From: Candidatus Amesbacteria bacterium
GTDB taxonomy: Bacteria > Patescibacteriota > Microgenomatia > CAZETR01 > Amesbacteraceae
DNA length: 64,000 bases
Direction: 5' to 3'
NCBI GenBank assembly: GCA_963736875.1
Contig: CAVTQH010000002.1
Coordinates: 199,927 to 263,926 of the forward strand
Part shown: piece after piece, positions 37,636-48,105 of the stretch
Numbering within the stretch: the first letter of the stretch is position 1
How the letters are laid out: each line of letters opens with the position of its first letter
Position numbers and translations under genes: made by a program
Notes under the pieces: model-generated
The model's database searches: none
Told to the model about the DNA's origin: nothing
The model's input: only the letters and a program-made list of their open reading frames with translations

Positions 37636-38611
37636 ATGAAAAAATTTCTCATTTTTATCGGTTTGATTTTTATTTCGGTTATAACCCTGTTAATCTTGGG
37701 TCGACATTATTTTGGCCCGCCGGGTAAATCCGTGGAACAGCAGATTTTTACCGTTCCCGAAAAACAGCCGGATTTTAACCCGGTGCAAAGTCTTTCGGAT
37801 CAGGGTTTTATCAAAAATAAATCCGCTTTTTCATTTTTAAAAGAAAAGTTCACCCCGGGAAAAGAGGTTAAACCCGGCGGCTACTATCTTAAGTCAGAAT
37901 ATGTTTGCCTGGCAGGTTCTGGAAAAAATTACCGGCAAACCGGATTTGTTATGGCTTACCGTCTCCGGTTGCCCCCGGAAAGAACAGATCGGGGAAAAGC
38001 TGGCGGATCTTCTGGGATGGACTTCAAAGGAAGTAAAAGACTGGAATTCGCTTTATTCTGATTTTAAATCCGAGTATTTTGAAGGAGTTTATTACCCCGA
38101 CACATATTTGATTCCGGTTACGGAGTCAGCGGGTCAGATTGCCCGGCGTTTTATCGACCGTTTCAACACAAAATTTGCTCCCCTGGCTGACAAGTTTGTA
38201 GAGGCCAATATCAAATGGACGACCGGAGTAAAAATTGCCTCTCTGATCGCCCGCGAAGCCGCGGGAGACAGCGACATGCGCCTTATAGCCGGCATTATCT
38301 GGAACCGGCTGGACCAGGGGATGCGCCTGCAGATTGACGCCACCATGCAGTACACTCTGGGAAAACGCTCCGACGGCAGCTGGTGGGGACCCGTTGATTT
38401 GAGCCAAAAACAAAGCGATTCTCCCTACAATACCTATTTATATGAGGGTCTTCCCCCGACCCCCATCTGCAGCCCGGATATCAGGTATCTGGAAGCGGTC
38501 ATAAATCCCGAAAGTACCGATTGCCTCTACTATCTGCACGATTCCGGGGGTCAGATCCATTGTGCCAAAACTTATGCCGGCCACAAATCCAATATCAGTA
38601 AATACTTATAG
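37636..38611 (+). pseudogene. mltG: endolytic murein transglycosylase MltG (YceG-like), interrupted by an apparent 1-nt frameshift near 37895-37905
   Basis: The N-terminal TM plus FTVPEKQ...KPGGYYLKSEY runs in frame 1 (ORF 37636-38061). It continues as MFAWQVLEKITGKPDLLWL...EGVYYPDTYLI...IASLIAREA...SPYNTYLYEGLPPTPICSP in frame 2 (ORF 37901-38611). The junction is gaatatgtttgcc. Confidence 0.6.
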
Positions 38612-40069
38612 ATAAACCAGTCTGCCTTCAGTCTCCCGGCCGATATTCTGGTTGTTTTTCAGATATTCTTCCAGTACTTCCCGGGCGGAAGTGGTTACCA
38701 CTTTTACCTCCCCGGATTCCAGAAGTTTTTCATTGGAAATTCCCAGGTAGGCTTTTGATTGATTAAAGTGGTATCCCTGCAATGCAATCGTATAAAATTG
38801 TTCATCCTCAACCTCCCGGTTTTTTACTGTCAAAGATGTCAGTTCTTTTTTTGCATCACTGTAGACGGCTTTGACACCGTCATTTACCTGGTAGCATTCT
38901 CCCTCTCCGTCCCGGTTTTCCGCTCTCATAATGTGGGCGAAAATTTGTTTTAGCCGGGTACCGCTGACTTTATATCTCGTAATACTGTCGTCATAGGGAA
39001 AACACGCCAGGAAATCTTTCAGAGTTACCATCGGTCCCATTTCCTTGACCCTCACCGAGCCGCTGCCCAAAAACATCACATCACACTGGGCGTTTTCAGC
39101 CAGGGCATCGGCCAGAAGATTTCCCAGTGAAGTTTCTTCCTCCCGTTTCGGGTGGGTTAATTTCCTGGCAAATTTACAGATAATCATCGAATATTTCCTG
39201 TCCACCTCGGCTTTGAAAGATTTGATATATTTCTCCAATTCCCTATCCGGCTTAGCCAGTTTTTCGTTTATTGGGATAAGTCTCCATTTATAATTCACTA
39301 TCGAATTTGTCTCATCATCGACGGTGATATCAAATCTGCCGATCTGGTCAGACCCGACTCCGGCCTGGGCGATCAGTACCCCGTTTACTTTTTCGGGTTT
39401 ATCAAGCACCGTATGTGAATGCCCGCCGATAATCATGTCCACTCCCCAGGCGGGGTTGAGCATTTTGGCCAGGGCGATATCCGATTCAAATCCGATGTGG
39501 GTCAGAAGGATAGTCAGATCAATATCGTCGTTTTTGTAAGCGTTGCAGATTTTACCCACTTCCTGGCCGGCTTCCTCTAAAGTCACAAAACTCCCTACCA
39601 GTTTGTCCATGTTAATCGAATCCATAACTTTTTCGGTGATAATCCCGGTGAACAATATTTCAAACCCGGCTTTATTGATAATCTTATAAGGGCTCATCAA
39701 CCGCCGGTCGTATTTTTTGATATACAAATTGGCGTTGACGATGGGGAAATTAGCCATTTTTTCCAGAAAAAGCAGATGGGGGAGTCCGTAATCAAATTCG
39801 TGATTGCCGAGTGCCACCACATCCGGAGCCAGATAATTCATTATTTCCATGGTGGATATTCCTTTGTATTCCGCGTCGATTAAAGATCCCTGCACCATGT
39901 CCCCGGAAATCACATACAGTACATTTTCCTCTTCACTGCGGACTTTATTGATATAGCCGGAAAGAAGTGCCAACCCTCCGATAAGTTTTCCCTTTTTCCC
40001 GGACACTTCAGCCAGGAAATCCCCGTGCATGTCGTTGGAATGTAAAATCGTGAATTTCTTCGTTTTCAT
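38606..40069 (-). CDS. bifunctional metallophosphoesterase/5'-nucleotidase family protein
   Basis: An N-terminal calcineurin-like phosphoesterase (ILHSNDMHG, GNHEFD, GGHSH) plus a C-terminal 5'-nucleotidase substrate-binding domain. No signal peptide. Confidence 0.65.
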   Translation of the reverse strand: MKTKKFTILHSNDMHGDFLAEVSGKKGKLIGGLALLSGYINKVRSEEENVLYVISGDMVQGSLIDAEYKGISTMEIMNYLAPDVVALGNHEFDYGLPHLLFLEKMANFPIVNANLYIKKYDRRLMSPYKIINKAGFEILFTGIITEKVMDSINMDKLVGSFVTLEEAGQEVGKICNAYKNDDIDLTILLTHIGFESDIALAKMLNPAWGVDMIIGGHSHTVLDKPEKVNGVLIAQAGVGSDQIGRFDITVDDETNSIVNYKWRLIPINEKLAKPDRELEKYIKSFKAEVDRKYSMIICKFARKLTHPKREEETSLGNLLADALAENAQCDVMFLGSGSVRVKEMGPMVTLKDFLACFPYDDSITRYKVSGTRLKQIFAHIMRAENRDGEGECYQVNDGVKAVYSDAKKELTSLTVKNREVEDEQFYTIALQGYHFNQSKAYLGISNEKLLESGEVKVVTTSAREVLEEYLKNNQNIGRETEGRLVYL

Positions 40070-40521
40070 TGGCCGGTCTCTTTTTTCAGATCTTTGATTA
40101 TTTCTCCGGCGTGAGAAAGGGGATTGACTTTGGCATATACTTTTTTGATTTCCCCTTCGGGATCGATCAGATATGAAGTGCGCAGTGTACCTTCAAATTC
40201 TTTTCCCAGGAATTTTTTCTTTCCCCAGGCTTTATATTTCTTAATCACCTCTTTCTCCGGGTCGGAAAGTATCGGAAAATTCAAACCGTATTTTTTTACG
40301 AATTTTAGGTGAGATTCAACCGAATCCTTGGACACTCCTAATATGACTGCACCCATTTTTTCCAGCACCCGGAAACTGTCACGGAAATTACATGCCTCTT
40401 TGGTACATCCCGGGGTATTATCTTTTGGATAAAAGTACAGCACCACCCATTTGCCCCGGTATTGGGATAACGTATGGATTTTTCCGTTTTGATCGGGGAG
40501 TGAGAAATCAGTAGCTTTCAT
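40066..40521 (-). CDS. bcp: thiol peroxidase Bcp (peroxiredoxin, AhpC/TSA family)
   Basis: YFYPKDNTPGCTKEAC. Confidence 0.75.
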   Translation of the reverse strand: MKATDFSLPDQNGKIHTLSQYRGKWVVLYFYPKDNTPGCTKEACNFRDSFRVLEKMGAVILGVSKDSVESHLKFVKKYGLNFPILSDPEKEVIKKYKAWGKKKFLGKEFEGTLRTSYLIDPEGEIKKVYAKVNPLSHAGEIIKDLKKETGQ

Positions 40522-40549
40522 AGTATTATTTTACCCCAATCAAAGTAGT

Positions 40550-42169
40550 TTAAATGTCACCGTTGGTGGGATCTTCTATATCCAAATCAAAGAAATACCT
40601 TAGTACAGGGCTTAACCCTAAACTATTATAATGTCTGGTACGATCTTCACAATGTTCCACGAAACCCGGATACCATTTTACTATCTGCCTGGATACCTCC
40701 GAATCAGGGATAAATCCTTCCAGACTGATTATCCGGGAGAGGGTGTCATTTGGCCTTCTGGTAAAAATGAAGTTCGAAGGTACTCCTGTCGCCCAGCTAT
40801 ACTCCCTGTCTGCCTGCTTCATGATTCTTTTTCCTTTCCACCTTACTTCATCAATGATATTTTTCATTTCCTTGTTTATATCAAAGTAGGGATAATTCTG
40901 GTGCACCTGTTCCAGGTATTCCATCACATTACCGACTCCTTCGGGGATATGACCCATCCGGCCGGCCAGTATATACATGTTCTGCAGCAAATCCCCGAAT
41001 TTTTCAGTAGGTAAATCCGGCTTTTCAAGATATTTTACCCATCTCTTAGCCAACCACAGGGCGTATATTTCCAATGGGGTATTAGCATTTAAGTCCTTAT
41101 ACCAGTAACCGACGATTTTCCCCTCGGCTACACCTTTTACCTCCCGGCTGATACCGCGCTGTTTAGCCACAATCTCCCGCATATCGGAATCCGGATCTTT
41201 CCAGCTGAACCTGTCGGTATTGTAAATGGCTTTATCTGACCGGTAATTTCCGGATATCTCTGCAATCCCGGTACGTGCAGCCTCCATGGCTTGTGTACAG
41301 GTATATAACCCGTCATAACCAATAGCGGCCATGTTAATCGTCATATCCCGGCTGTTGGCATAGTCAATATAATCCAGCTCTCCCCCTCTTTTCATTTCCA
41401 CCCCTGCCGGATCGACACCCAGAAGCGTCGCCTTCGCTCTGGCCGTAACCTGGTCACCGCAGGCCACAACATCCATATCATTAAAAGGCAATTCTGCAGC
41501 TCTCATGGATAAGGGAGCTCCGGACCAGATATCATTCAACAATCTGGCATCACCACCCTTCCCCATGATCGTTCTGTCAAACGGTGCTCTCCGTTCATAC
41601 CAAATATTCGTATAAGGATGCTTATATCTGAGGATATTTAATCTGATACCGTTGACTGTTTCTTTCTTTGTGGCAAACCATTCCGGGTATTTATCTTCAA
41701 TTTCCTCAAATGGAACCACAATCTTGTTGACTGGTATCAGCTCCTGGGCAAAAGGTTCTGCCATAAACCGTGAAACCTCCATTATTCGCTCATCAGCCCG
41801 GATTCCGAGCATTTCATGATATCTTTCTTTCCATTTATTTCTTGTTTCTTCTTCCCATTCCGGTTTGGGTTTATTTCTCAAAGGATCAAATAGCGGGTCG
41901 TCGATATGTTCTCGAGTATATGTTTTCTCTGCCCTGAGAACTTCCATAGCCTTATCCAAAATTGGTTTTAAGTAATCCTGCGTTTCTTTGGGAAAGGCTT
42001 CCAGGTTTCTTCTCACCCGGTTTATGTTTAAGGCAAATGAAAAAACCCAATCCTCGGGCGGTCTCTCCAGTAATTCGGGTATTTCTGATAATACTTCCCG
42101 TAGTTCTATCCGCCTCATTATGGCCCTATTCCCGTCTTCCGGATTATTGTTTATTTGCTCTGAACTCAT
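40550..42169 (-). CDS. hypothetical protein, 539 aa, soluble
   Basis: A long intact ORF with no family recognised. Confidence 0.3.
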   Translation of the reverse strand: MSSEQINNNPEDGNRAIMRRIELREVLSEIPELLERPPEDWVFSFALNINRVRRNLEAFPKETQDYLKPILDKAMEVLRAEKTYTREHIDDPLFDPLRNKPKPEWEEETRNKWKERYHEMLGIRADERIMEVSRFMAEPFAQELIPVNKIVVPFEEIEDKYPEWFATKKETVNGIRLNILRYKHPYTNIWYERRAPFDRTIMGKGGDARLLNDIWSGAPLSMRAAELPFNDMDVVACGDQVTARAKATLLGVDPAGVEMKRGGELDYIDYANSRDMTINMAAIGYDGLYTCTQAMEAARTGIAEISGNYRSDKAIYNTDRFSWKDPDSDMREIVAKQRGISREVKGVAEGKIVGYWYKDLNANTPLEIYALWLAKRWVKYLEKPDLPTEKFGDLLQNMYILAGRMGHIPEGVGNVMEYLEQVHQNYPYFDINKEMKNIIDEVRWKGKRIMKQADREYSWATGVPSNFIFTRRPNDTLSRIISLEGFIPDSEVSRQIVKWYPGFVEHCEDRTRHYNSLGLSPVLRYFFDLDIEDPTNGDI

Positions 42170-42342
42170 AGCGTCCGATTATACAAGTTATAGGTTATTT
42201 ATCAAATTATCATGGTAAGATACTCAGATGGGCAAAGAAAATCCGATACCCTCAACCGACTCAAAATCTTGGAATCGAGGGGAATCAAAGAGGTGTCGAT
42301 ATCGAGCATAAGGTAGCCGGATTAATCCGGGGTTTACCTCAT

Positions 42343-42744
42343 GTGATCTCCGTCAAGGAGACCGAGAAACTTAGCAGAGAAGATATAAACATGATCGACC
42401 TGATAGTTACAGTCGACGGCAATAATGACATGTTGGTACATAAAGTCTTCGTTCAGATCAAAGCCAGCACCAGAGGAGTGGAACACTTCGAGGAACAAGT
42501 ATCAGCCCGGATAAAACGTAAAAAGAGGGCTAATGGGCAGGTTGACAGAAAGACCTGGATGCTGCAAAATCACAGGATTTTACTCAACGGGGATATTAAA
42601 ATGACTAAAAGCCATAAACACAGCCGGCAGCTGACCGATGAGGAAATAGTGGCTGACTTCGAAAAACAACTTCAGGAAATTGAAAACTACGAAAGATCCA
42701 GTCAGACAGCAAACAGCCCCGTGACCGGCACGGAGGCTGTTTGA
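42343..42744 (+). CDS. hypothetical protein, 133 aa
   Basis: ORF only. Confidence 0.25.
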   Translation: MISVKETEKLSREDINMIDLIVTVDGNNDMLVHKVFVQIKASTRGVEHFEEQVSARIKRKKRANGQVDRKTWMLQNHRILLNGDIKMTKSHKHSRQLTDEEIVADFEKQLQEIENYERSSQTANSPVTGTEAV

Positions 42745-42752
42745 TTTTTTTG
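42712..42752 (+). terminator. rho-independent terminator
   Basis: The hairpin acagcc-ccgtg-accgg-cacgg-a-ggctgt is followed by ttgattttttt, right at the stop of the 42343-42744 gene. Confidence 0.45.
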
Positions 42753-42762
42753 GGACCGGCTC

Positions 42763-43200
42763 TTACCAGCCGTGCATTCCCCCGCCCATTCCGCCCCGCA
42801 TTCCCATACCTTTTCCGCCAAAACCAAAACCCAGATCGGTATTTTCCAGATTATTGGCTTTCAGCCAGGATTGCCAGTCGGTTCTTTCTTTTTCGCGCTC
42901 CTGCTGCATTTCTTGATGTTTAGCCAAAACTGCATTCTTCTGCGCTTCCGTAATCTTGCCGTCTTTGACAGCCTGGGTCAGATTAGCTTCAAAACGCTTT
43001 TGCATTTCGGCTTGTCTTTCGTCTCTTTGGACATCAAAAACCGATTGCACATCAGCCTGTTTCAGCCCGAACTTGGCAGCAATCCTTTCAATGATTGTCT
43101 GGGCCGGAGAAGTCTGAGCGGAAACCCGGGACATGCCTGCCCAGGTCAAACCGCCGGCAAGAAGTACCCCCGTCAATATAAAGATCAGTGAATATTTCAT
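42763..43200 (-). CDS. secreted small protein with Gly/Met-rich C-terminal tail
   Basis: Signal peptide; helical Q/E-rich middle; GFGFGGKGMGMRGGMGGGMHGW tail. Confidence 0.3.
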   Translation of the reverse strand: MKYSLIFILTGVLLAGGLTWAGMSRVSAQTSPAQTIIERIAAKFGLKQADVQSVFDVQRDERQAEMQKRFEANLTQAVKDGKITEAQKNAVLAKHQEMQQEREKERTDWQSWLKANNLENTDLGFGFGGKGMGMRGGMGGGMHGW

Positions 43201-43316
43201 TTGTTGGTATCACCCCCTTTCATATGACGTTGAAGATATCAGCCAAAACTGAAATAAAGCTTAAAGCTTTTTAGTGGAATCTGGGCGCAATTCTTGTTAC
43301 AATATCCTATAACATC

Positions 43317-43568
43317 ATGTGTCCTGAAGAGAAAAAGGATATATTGGTCATTGATTTACCCGGGAAACCAAGTATTGATTTCGCCATGCGCGTCCATGCA
43401 GTCAGAATAGACGCTTTTCGTGTGTGTTTCGGATGTATCGGGGCACGTGGTTGCGATCTCCAAAAAATTATTGAGGTTGAAAAGAAGTTTTGGAGCAGAG
43501 AAAACGACCCTGACCTGAAAGCTGTCGAAGCTTGCCCGGATTTTGTACCTGACCCGGGGAAAGATTAA
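43317..43568 (+). CDS. small protein with a TGS-like N-terminal segment and Cys cluster
   Basis: DILVIDLPGKPSIDFAMRVHAVRIDA resembles TGS (compare the Rel TGS at 12900-13050). It is followed by CFGCIGARGC...ACP. Confidence 0.25.
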   Translation: MCPEEKKDILVIDLPGKPSIDFAMRVHAVRIDAFRVCFGCIGARGCDLQKIIEVEKKFWSRENDPDLKAVEACPDFVPDPGKD

Positions 43569-44855
43569 TCAGAAACCGAAAGGAAACTTCGCGTATACCG
43601 CCCTGTCACCCAGTTCGTGTTCAATCCGCATCAGCCGGTTGTACTTGGCTACCCGTTCGGACCTGGCCGGCGCTCCGGCTTTGATTTGCCCGGAGCCCAA
43701 GGCGACAACCAGGTCGGCGATAAAAGTGTCCTCGGTTTCACCGCTTCTGTGCGATACAATACTGGCCATTCCGTTTTCCCGGGCCAGGATTATGGCGTTA
43801 ATCGTTTCCGTCAGGGTGCCAATCTGGTTAAGTTTGATCAGAATCGCATTGGTTGATTTATTCTCTATCCCTTTTTGCAGTCTTTTGACGTTGGTAACGT
43901 ACAGATCATCACCCACGATTTGGATTTTTTGCCCGGCTGAAGCGGTAAAACCGGCAAACGCTTCCCAGTCGTCTTCGGCAAAAGCGTCCTCAATCGAGAC
44001 GATGGGGTATTTTTTCAAAAGTTCTTTATAAAATTCCCCCAACTCATCACTCCCGACCGTTTTCCCTTCTTTATTCAGTTTGTATTTCCCGTCCTCAAAA
44101 AATTCCGACGCGGCCGGGTCAATTCCCAGGCAGATTTCTTTCCCCGGAGTGTAACCCGCTTTCTCGATGGCCTCGCAAATAAGCTGGAAAGGTTCTTCGT
44201 TTGTCGCCACACCGGGGGCAAATCCGCCCTCGTCGCCGACTGACGTGGCATACCCTTTGGCTTTAATAACACCCTTGAGTGTTTGGTACACCTCCGTATT
44301 CATCCGGACTGCCCCGGCAATTGAACCGGCGCCCACGGGAAACAGCATGTACTCCTGGATATCCGTAGCCCAATTGGCATGTTTGCCGCCGTTTTCCACA
44401 TTCATTTCCGGAATCGGCATGGTGTATGTCCCGGAAAAACCGGGATTGAAGCGGGTCAGATATTCATAAAGTTCTTTTTTCTCACAAACCGCCTGCGCCC
44501 GGGCGGTGCTTAAAGATACCGAAAGAATGGCGTTTGCCCCCAGATTGGCTTTATTTTCGGTGCCGTCCAGAGAAATCATAGTCTGGTCAAGTTTTTCCTG
44601 GTCCTGTGCTTCCAGTCCCGTAATCACGGGCCCGATGGTCGTATTGACGTTTCCGACGGCTTTGAAAACTCCCAATCCCTGATACCGGCTCTGATCGCCG
44701 TCTCTCAGTTCCACCGCCTCGTATTTGCCGGTTGAGGCGCCGGAAGGGACCGCCGCCCGGCCTTGCGACCCGTCTTCCAGGGTAATCACGGTTTCTACGG
44801 TGGGATTACCCCGGCTGTCCAGAATTTCCTGTGCCCAAACGGATTTTATTTTCAT
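43569..44855 (-). CDS. eno: enolase (phosphopyruvate hydratase)
   Basis: QEILDSRGNPTVE, SGASTGKYEA and the full-length TIM barrel. Confidence 0.9.
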   Translation of the reverse strand: MKIKSVWAQEILDSRGNPTVETVITLEDGSQGRAAVPSGASTGKYEAVELRDGDQSRYQGLGVFKAVGNVNTTIGPVITGLEAQDQEKLDQTMISLDGTENKANLGANAILSVSLSTARAQAVCEKKELYEYLTRFNPGFSGTYTMPIPEMNVENGGKHANWATDIQEYMLFPVGAGSIAGAVRMNTEVYQTLKGVIKAKGYATSVGDEGGFAPGVATNEEPFQLICEAIEKAGYTPGKEICLGIDPAASEFFEDGKYKLNKEGKTVGSDELGEFYKELLKKYPIVSIEDAFAEDDWEAFAGFTASAGQKIQIVGDDLYVTNVKRLQKGIENKSTNAILIKLNQIGTLTETINAIILARENGMASIVSHRSGETEDTFIADLVVALGSGQIKAGAPARSERVAKYNRLMRIEHELGDRAVYAKFPFGF

Positions 44856-44887
44856 AAATCTATAATAATTCTAGTATACTTTATCCG

Positions 44888-45907
44888 ATGGAAGATCAGG
44901 GACAGAAAGATTTGCCGGTAAAAGCTCCGGAATATTCCTCGCTTCGTGATCAGGAGCGGGCAGCCGCTTTCCAAAGACATATCTACCAGGGGGGAAAATT
45001 AATCTCCGGCGGAAAATATTCGGAGGCCATTAAATATTTCAGGAATAAAGAAGAGGCAGGTAAAGCCGGATTAATACTTGATATTCGGGCACACAGACTT
45101 GGAGGTTCCATCCTTTCGGAAAATGTGGAAAGTGATGCTAATTGGATAGCCGATAAATGTTGGTTTATTGACAGTGAAAGAAAAATCCAGGTTTCCGGGG
45201 CCTATAGCGGAGACAAAAATATAATGGACATTCCCACGGGACAAATGAATCAGGCTGAAAAGGCTATGGCGCATGAAGTTGCCCTTTTACATATGGAAGA
45301 GTATCTCCACGCATTACAATTTTTAAGAGGTTCTCCGGTAGCCGGATTTGAAAATAGTGAAGTTGATGTTGCCGCCTATATGCAGAAAAACGGCATACCC
45401 ATGACCCCTGTTTTTTTAAGGCGTTACGACAGGGGTTTTTACCTGTCGGGGGATGAGGGCATTGATGATTCACTATCCAAAGTACCTGCAATCAGAAGAG
45501 GTGTTTTTGTCAACGTCCGACGGTCGGACGGTAAAATTGAATCTGACTGGCAGATTTCCGGATTCAATGATCAGACCGGAGACGCAATTGTCAGAAATTA
45601 TGCCGGTGATCTCAAAAAACAAATCCCCAAACCCGAGCTGTCGGATCTGAATTCCGAAGGGGTCTACCCTTTCGTGGCCGGTAAAGACTTTCAGGAAATC
45701 TTCTCGGTAATTGACCGGTTAAAAAAAATTCAGGGGACAAACGAGGTGTACAATGCGGTAGAGCTGAAACAACTTATTAACCGGGTAAGAAGCGGCAACG
45801 AAGATTTAAATAAAATTCCCAGATCCGGCGGATTAAGGTTAAAAGTGGCGGAACTGCTGAATATTCAGGCGGTAAATGTCTCAGAGCCGACAGCCCGCTT
45901 ATCCTAG
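44888..45907 (+). CDS. hypothetical protein, 339 aa
   Basis: ORF only. Confidence 0.3.
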   Translation: MEDQGQKDLPVKAPEYSSLRDQERAAAFQRHIYQGGKLISGGKYSEAIKYFRNKEEAGKAGLILDIRAHRLGGSILSENVESDANWIADKCWFIDSERKIQVSGAYSGDKNIMDIPTGQMNQAEKAMAHEVALLHMEEYLHALQFLRGSPVAGFENSEVDVAAYMQKNGIPMTPVFLRRYDRGFYLSGDEGIDDSLSKVPAIRRGVFVNVRRSDGKIESDWQISGFNDQTGDAIVRNYAGDLKKQIPKPELSDLNSEGVYPFVAGKDFQEIFSVIDRLKKIQGTNEVYNAVELKQLINRVRSGNEDLNKIPRSGGLRLKVAELLNIQAVNVSEPTARLS

Positions 45908-45930
45908 CATGCAATCGGGGTTGAAAATTC

Positions 45931-46623
45931 CTATTTCGCGGTCCTTTTTAAAAGCTCCTCAAAACCATTATGGATATGCCGGCGGATATTTTCCTCGGGG
46001 ATATTTCCCATCGGGTCAAACACTGGGGAGAGATATACATGGAAGCCCGACGGAAAGACAGGTTTGGCCAGCGAGTAGACGGACGGGAATTCCCGTACCA
46101 TATCGATCACGGTATTTCTGATTCGTTCCTCCTGTCGGAATGTTTTCCGGCTGCCGTACGGCGCGACGTTGCCGATTGCATGAGGCCGGTCAATCAGGTT
46201 CAAATAGTCATTCATAACTTCCAGGTTTGTGCCCTTACGCTGTCCGTATTCCTCTTCGGAAGCATGCTTTGCATCCTCAAATCTCACCACTTTCTGAATC
46301 GATAAATGCTCCTTTTTTATTAATTGCTTTAAAAATCTCACCTCCAAAGAATGAATTGACCCATTTGATTGTCATCAATCCGGCGGCAAACTGCAGATCC
46401 GGTATCTCTTTAGCCAGGGCAATGATCGAAGCAAATATATCCAGTTCTTTCCGGTGTGCATCCAGATCCAATGCCCCTTTTTCTTACTAACATCCTGCAG
46501 CTGGTAAATAGCTTTTCTGGTAATCGGATCATGGGAAATATGGCTGAGGGCTATAGCAAAATGGCCGAAAGGAAAAAACCCGTACATTCGGATTTTGGAT
46601 ATATCTTCGGATACTGCGCTCAT
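45931..46623 (-). other. overlapping ORFs in three frames (45931-46347, 46277-46471, 46375-46623), possibly a degraded gene
   Basis: Two same-frame ORFs are separated by TGATGA. A third frame carries ...LDLDAHRKELDIFASIIALAKEIP.... Confidence 0.2.
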
Positions 46624-46750
46624 ATAAAAGGGGATTATATACCTATGGGGCCAGCTGCAGGATATGATTAAAACCCTCGGTCCTGACGCTAAAATTGCCG
46701 ATATTCAGAATGCCGTTCGGGAACAAAGTAAAACAAGGCGCAGGAGATAA

Positions 46751-47341
46751 TTAACGGTTTGCCAGCCACAGGGCTAACTGCCGGTAATGAATGCTGTCTT
46801 TATTTTGTCTTGCGTCCCTCTCAGCCCGCCAGGTTCGGGAAAACACGCACAGGGGTTTGTTTTCACCCGGAGGAATCAGTATCCGGTCAAATTCGCCGGC
46901 AACTTCATCCATCGGATCCCAGATTTTATCAGCCAGGGTAAATCCGCTGTCAACATAGTTAAATATTTTCGGCTCCTTCATTCCCGGCTCGAGATAAGCC
47001 AGGGACTGACGGAATTCTGCGTTTCTGTTAGTTTCTCCTGTCATCAATTTCAATATTCCGGCTATACCGATGGTATCCGTTACAAAATGAATAAAAGTTT
47101 TGGGAAATCCACCCAAAGCCTCAATAAATATTCCGGAGTCTTCCACCATCAGAGGGGCATTTACCATTTTTATCGCCTGGAGGGCTTTTTCCGCAACGAT
47201 TTTTTCCGGATCTTCCTCCCTTGGCTCAATTATCTCCGCTTCTTTTTGGATAACCTTAATCCCGGATCCGGCAAGGGCTGTCTGCGCATGCAAAATCTTG
47301 GTCTGGTTACCGGTTATAAAATATATGACTTTCTCCATCAC
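46751..47341 (-). CDS. rdgB: non-canonical purine NTP pyrophosphatase (Ham1/RdgB/ITPase family)
   Basis: An FITGNQTK N-terminus and the Ham1 fold length. Confidence 0.6.
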   Translation of the reverse strand: MMEKVIYFITGNQTKILHAQTALAGSGIKVIQKEAEIIEPREEDPEKIVAEKALQAIKMVNAPLMVEDSGIFIEALGGFPKTFIHFVTDTIGIAGILKLMTGETNRNAEFRQSLAYLEPGMKEPKIFNYVDSGFTLADKIWDPMDEVAGEFDRILIPPGENKPLCVFSRTWRAERDARQNKDSIHYRQLALWLANR

Positions 47342-47438
47342 CTGATTTTAACCCAAATTTCCAAACTGTAGTTTCTCAACACCGGGTCATGGCGCGCTCA
47401 TGTCACCGGGCTGATAAACACCTTCCGGCACCCGAAGG

Positions 47439-47948
47439 TCAAGACCTGTTTCCCTTTTGAATTTTTAATTCTATTGCTCTTTGGATTATTCTTTCTCCGA
47501 TTTCTCCCCAATCAAAATATTCCCGGTAATCTTTTGGATTGATAAGTTTAATCTCCGTAATACTTCCGTCTGGATCTTTTTCGAACTTTCCCAGAGGTTC
47601 GACAATAGCGCAAAACCGAAGTTGATAAACAGTATTATCATCGGGAGTTGTAACTTCTTGTACTCCTACAGGAAAGGCTTTTAAAACTTTCATATTAGTT
47701 TCTTCCTGAACTTCTCTGATTAAGGTTTGCTCAAAGGTTTCCCCTTTTTCTATGTGTCCTCCGACCAGACCCCAACCTTTGCCGTCTTCCCCGCTTTCCC
47801 CCCTTACTATTACCAGGTTGTCATCACAGAAACAAACTCCGTAAACCTGCTGGCATTTATCGTGGGGTAGAGAAGAAAAAGAATCCAAATCATAGTATTT
47901 CACTTTTACAACATACCCTTTCCAAATAAATGACGAATTTATTGTCAT
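47439..47948 (-). CDS. NUDIX hydrolase
   Basis: Nudix box GGHIEKGETFEQTLIREVQEETNM. Confidence 0.7.
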   Translation of the reverse strand: MTINSSFIWKGYVVKVKYYDLDSFSSLPHDKCQQVYGVCFCDDNLVIVRGESGEDGKGWGLVGGHIEKGETFEQTLIREVQEETNMKVLKAFPVGVQEVTTPDDNTVYQLRFCAIVEPLGKFEKDPDGSITEIKLINPKDYREYFDWGEIGERIIQRAIELKIQKGNRS

Positions 47949-47989
47949 TTTATATATTATATGCGTTTTTGTATTTCCTTCCCTCTGCT

Positions 47990-48040
47990 CATGCAGGCAT
48001 GCCCGCCGAATTACAGTACCCCATCACCCCGGATCTTCAC
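47990..48040. repeat. copy 1 of a ~50-bp intergenic repeat (core aTGCCyGCCGAATTrCAGTAyCyyrTCAyCCCGrAT)
   Basis: atgcccgccgaattacagtaccccatcaccccggat: about 40/50 identity to copies at 55445-55496 and 63087-63138. Confidence 0.55.
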
Positions 48041-48105
48041 AGCCCGGAGTTAAGGAAAACGCATTTGAAAATACAGGGTTGAAAATCCCTTATTAGAGAC
48101 CTATA

